This document shows, piece by piece, positions 59,450-64,000 of a stretch of 64,000 bases of DNA. Position 1 is the first letter of the stretch, and each line of letters opens with the position of its first letter. The DNA is from the human T2T-CHM13v2.0 reference genome, Homo sapiens. The DNA is taken from the NCBI RefSeq assembly GCF_009914755.1, contig NC_060936.1; one strand, written 5' to 3'. Both the position numbers and the translations under genes were made by a program. The notes beneath the pieces are model-generated. The model made no database searches, was not told the origin of the DNA, and was given only the letters and a program-made list of their open reading frames with translations.

Positions 59450-59782
59450 TGTATTCGTCCATTTTCACACTGCTAATACAGACATACCCAAGCCTGGGCA
59501 ATTTACAAAGGAAAGAGGTTTAATGGAGAACTCACAGTTCCACGTGGCTGAGAAAGCCTCACAATCATGGCAGAAGGTGAAAGGCATGTCTCACATGATG
59601 GCAAGCAAGAGAAGAAGGCTTCTGCAGAAAAACTCCCCTTTTTAAAACCATCAGATCTCATGAGACTTATTCACTATCACAAGAATAGCACAGGAAAGAC
59701 CTGCTCCCAGGATTCAATTACCCCCCACTGGGTTCCTCCCACAAGATGAGATTTGGGGTGGGGACAAAGCCAAACCATATCA
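59450..59782 (-). mobile_element. THE1B-like solo LTR
   Basis: TGTATT...CATTTTCACACTGCT ... GCCAAACCATATCA with TSD ACCAC/ACCAT. Confidence 0.92.
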
Positions 59783-61314
59783 ACCATATTAAGACTTTGT
59801 ATCAATATGAAAAGTATGTGTGGGATGTCAATTGCAAAAAAGCAGACTATGAAATATGTGCATAAGCAGACTATGAAATATAGGCACTCTATAGAGAGAA
59901 ACAGAAACAAAGAGAGAGAGAATATAAACACAAACACATGCAAATAAAATGTGTTACTTCAAGAGGTGATGAGTTTCCTGTCCCTCCAAAGGTTAAAGCA
60001 GAGACCAGACAACCTCTTAGAAGAAACAGCATGTGAGAAGTGATATTACAGACAAAGCATTGGGCAGGGTGAACACTGAAACGATTTCAAAGCTCCTTGG
60101 GTCTATGATCTGATGAATATTGTTGAATTGTGGGCACAAAACTGTGCTTTTTAAAATAGTAAAGATGACATTAAGCCTCTCAAATATTTTCATTTCCTCC
60201 CAATTAAAACAGGCAAAAAAAATCTAGTACCAAGAGACCCAAGTTCTGGGCTCCATGATCTACTAGGGCATTGTGGCATCAAGACCCACAAAGTGGACAT
60301 TTCTGGCCATTATTTCTCTTCTGCTCCAGCAAAAGCCTGTCAACCTCTCTGAACCTCATTTTCTGGATCCTTTCCCAAAAAGAAGGAAGTTGCATGCTTT
60401 CTATTTCTAAGAATCTATGCTTCATCTTGATTATTTTCTTTCATAAATCTGAGCTTGGCCAGAAATTAGAAGCCACCTGAACTTTGTAAATAAGGAATTT
60501 CCAAGAACACTAACAAGGGAATAACTGTAGGAGAATTTTGGTCCCCAAATCAGGGATGGTCCTTTTTCCACATAAGTTTCAAAAAGTAATAAATAATTCC
60601 TATTATAATTAAATGGGTGAAAAGTTTAGAACTCTAAGAGACAAGCATCCAAAAGTAGGGTTTTCCTAGAAAGTCTCTTTATATTTTATGTAAGATGACA
60701 TTAAGTCATCACCTGCATTGCTTTCTTGGCTTTTGATGATAAAGGAGCTCTCCTCTGTTGTTGTTAAACTTCCAGGCAAGTTTTCGGGCTATCTTCATCC
60801 TAGAAGGGCCAATAGACAGAAGATTGCCATTTTCAAGCATTGAATACACAATTGGATCCTTCCTTGACGTCAACTTACCTCCCATTTTATATCTCGGATG
60901 ATTTCCAGTGGTGACAAAAACATGTATATTTCCTTTCCCACTTAGGGAACTATGAGGTGTGCTTTGACTAGCCAATAGAGATATTACAAAATAGCAAACC
61001 CATAAAACTTCTAGAGACATCACGAATCCTGTAAGAACAGCCTCATTCTCTTCGAATCCTTGGTTATAATTCACATAGATTATCTTGTGGGAATAGAACA
61101 AAGTAAGCCTTGCTGTGCCATGCTCTTCTTGTGAAGAGTTCTCTGACTCCTATATTTCAGATGAAGGAATCATTGTAACATGACAATGGTCAGGGAGTGC
61201 CCTGCTCCCATGCCCAGAATTGACCTACCATCCTCAAACCAATAAGCTCAAGCCCAGATGATTACCACCTACATGGAAGGTAACTTTTTTTTCAGAAAAT
61301 AGAAATTTGTTAAT

Positions 61315-61588
61315 ATTTTTATAATTGAGATGAAATTCACATAACAAAAATCAACCATTATAAACTGAACAATTCAGACCGATTTATTACATTCACGTGT
61401 TGTATAATCATGACCTCTATATAGTTGCAAAACATCTTCGTTACCTCGAAATACAACCCTGGACCCATTGTGCAGTTCCTCCATTCTCCCCTCTCTCCAG
61501 TCCCTGGCAAATGTTTGTTTTCAGTCTCTATAGATGTACCTATTCTGGATATTTTATATAAATAAAATCATGTAACATGTGACCTTTT
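61315..61588 (-). mobile_element. L1MB-type 3' fragment
   Basis: TTGAGATGAAATTCACATAACA ... CCTATTCTGGATATTTTATATAAAT...TGTGACCTTTT. Confidence 0.75.
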
Positions 61589-61986
61589 CATTCTAGAAAG
61601 ATAGCCTTTTAATCATTCCCAAGTTTACTTTAGGAAGGTGTCACGTTTGTGTAAGGAAATACATAATCATATGAATTAACTTATCTAAACAAGAATTTAT
61701 TGAGACCTAGCATTTGCAAAACATCTAGTGTTTTAGGAGCACAAAAAAGACCTATTAATTATCCTTGTACTCAAAGAAGCTACAGTTTAGAAAGTGGGTA
61801 GCAGAGAAAAAAGATCGAGAGCCAAATCCAAGAGGCCACTATTTTTTAGCAATCAAAAGAAGCCTGGCTTATAAGGGAAGCTTGGAGCTTTGAGGTCCTC
61901 CATAACTCACATCAATACTAGTTAGGATTCGTGGTTGCAAGTTCCAGAAATATAACTGAATTAGTTTAAAACAAAAAGGGGAAATA

Positions 61987-62280
61987 CCAGGTGTGGTGGC
62001 TTATGCCTGTATTCCCAGCACTTTGGGAGGCTGAGGCGGGTGGATCACCTGAGGTCGGGAGTTTGAGATCAGCTTGACCAACATGCACAAAGCCTGTCTC
62101 TGTTAAAAATACAAAATTAGCCAGGCATGGTGACACATGCCTGTAATCTCAGCTACTTGCGAGGCTGAGGCAGGAGAATCGCTTGAACCCAGGAGTCAGA
62201 GGTTGCAGTGAGCCAAGATCATGTCATTGCACTCCAGCCTGGGCAACAAGAGCAAAACTCCATCTCAAAAAAAAAAAAAA
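61987..62280 (+). mobile_element. AluSp-like
   Basis: GAGGTCGGGAGTT...TGACCAACATG and GGGCAACAAGAGCAAAACTCC are Sp-type; A tail. Confidence 0.93.
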
Positions 62281-62394
62281 TGTGGGAAGGAATATATTAT
62301 GGAAAAGCAGGGGTGGCTCACAATGCGTGGTAGTAGAAACGGAGCCCAAACTCAAAGGAGAAGCTTAGGAATTTCCCTTTCTCATCTTGATTGC

Positions 62395-62743
62395 TATCTT
62401 AGTCCATTCAGGCTGCTATGACAAAATACCACAGACTGGGTGGCTTATAAACAACAGTAATTTATTTCTCACAGTTCTGGAGGTTAAGAATCCCAGGTCA
62501 AGGCATTGCAGATTTGATGTCTGGTGAGCACTCCCTTTTTCATAGATAGCTGTAATTTCACATGGGGTAAGGGACAAGGGGTTTCTCTGGGGTCCCTTTT
62601 ATAAGGGCACTTATCCCATTAGGGAGGGCTCCACTGTAATGACATAATCATATCCCAGAGGCCCCACCTTCAAATAACATCATCTTGAGGTTACGATTTT
62701 AACATATGAATTTTAGGAGGACATAAACATTCAGTCCATTGCA
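62395..62743 (-). mobile_element. MLT1A-like solo LTR
   Basis: TCTTAGTCCATTCAGGCTGCTAT ... ACATAAACATTCAGTCCATTGCA. Confidence 0.88.
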
Positions 62744-63645
62744 GCTCCTCTATATATTTAAACGTCAATTCATTCTTTGCTCTCTGTTCACGTGGTGGAC
62801 AAAAGACAGTGATCCCACAGTTTCCAAGTTTATATCTCCTTTCTTCAAAAGAGGCACTATTACATGAGGCTAAGAACAGGCTCCAGAGTCAGACAGAGGT
62901 GAGTTTAAATCCTAATTCTACCATCTACAGGCTGTGTGACACTGGGAAAGTCATTTAACCTCTTGGGCCTCAGTTTCCTCTTCAATAATAATACTGATTT
63001 CATAAGGTTCTTAAAAATTTAGTTGGAAAACACATATAAAGATCAATGTTCACCACATAAATCTTCAACAAATATTAATTATTTAATATTATGATTAAAG
63101 AGGCCATCCCTAAATGAGTGAGTCTTGATAACAAATCCAGATTTCAAAAAAGAGACTCTGATTGATCCAACTTGGGCCAAGTGCTTCCCTCTCCTCTATC
63201 AGTAACAGCCAGAGGGTAGAGTCACAGCTGAGAAAGATGGCTAGCACAGACATTCCTGTGGTAGAGACTCAGGAGCCTGTCTGCAACTGAACCCAGGAGA
63301 GAAGATACCAGAATCAGAGAGAAGAGGTGCGGAGTGAAAGTCAGGCCCCTAACCTGCTGAGGGGACAGCTGCCCGTGGATCCCAGGCCACAGAAGAAAAA
63401 ACTTATTTGCGGCTTTTGGGCCTTAGCTAAAGAGACTCTCTCAGTTGATCTTTGGAACTTGTGCTACTGATTTTTAATTTAGTCAATATTGACTAGTTAA
63501 CCTCCTGGACTTTGAAATCATTGTTTACTCTCTTTTCTATCACTTTAGCTTGTTTGGATTATTCTTTTATTCTCTCTGACCTTTAGTTTCAGATTTTCCT
63601 TTATCTTAGTTGTTCTTACCTCATGGTTTGCTTGCTGCCTTCTGC

Positions 63646-63674
63646 TTTTTTTTTTTTTTTTTTTTTTTTTTTTT
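63646..63674. repeat. T29 homopolymer
   Basis: Read directly. Confidence 0.95.
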
Positions 63675-64000
63675 GGTGGCAGGGAGGGGTTGGGTTCATT
63701 TATGTAACCTAGTTTCTTGTATCATTTTATCTTTATTTAACTGTTCTTTTTTATTGTTTTATTGCTACTTTTAAACCTTTTTATTATCTACAATTTTTAG
63801 TTTTCTGAAATTCTACCAGTGAAAAGTGAAGAGGAAGGAGTTCAGCTGACAGGATGACCCCTTTGACCCCAAAAGACGGATCGGGGCTCATTTCCATTTC
63901 AACCATCCTGTAGGGGCCCCCAGACCCTGATGCTGATCTACAGAAATCTCACAGAAACTCTGCATAATTTAGTTTAGAAAGGTGTTTACAGATCCCCTCG

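Larger units (their letters stand above)
61915..63260 (-). mobile_element. Old MLT1 relic fragmented by an Alu, an MLT1A and a MIR (62855-63085)
   Basis: AGTTAGGATTCGTGGTTGCAAG on the left and GACTCTGATTGATCCAACTTGGGCCAAGTG on the right. Confidence 0.45.

Noticed and set aside
60709-61101. 130-aa minus-strand ORF in unique DNA
   Set aside because: Non-ATG start, no recognisable domain or splice context; length is attainable by chance.

Overview
This is primate (human-like) non-coding genomic DNA: AT-rich, CpG-depleted and dominated by interspersed repeats. They include about 13 Alu/FLAM copies, a ~14.6 kb same-strand L1 stack at 4.9-19.5 kb, many MaLR/ERVL solo LTRs (MLT1, MLT2, MST, THE1, LTR16), L2/MIR/L3 relics and hAT-type MITEs. 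No intact protein-coding gene, RNA gene or CRISPR array is supportable. The long ORFs in the track are broken L1 ORF1/ORF2 pieces or Alu read-through, and I could not identify the locus. I do not see a new multi-gene system. The best observations are mechanistic: (1) a TSD-flanked Alu-Alu chimera at 16-526, whose internal unique segment ends exactly at the first Pol III terminator and so resembles a U6/L1-type retro-chimera; (2) a perfect 17-bp hairpin with a duplicated loop at 52630-52679, plus smaller hairpin+duplication scars; (3) deep nesting of L1s and of MLT1 LTRs; (4) one candidate + strand exon with a nested 12-nt microexon option at 49307-49408. Subfamily names come from recalled consensus sequences, and boundaries of old repeats are approximate (tens of bp).
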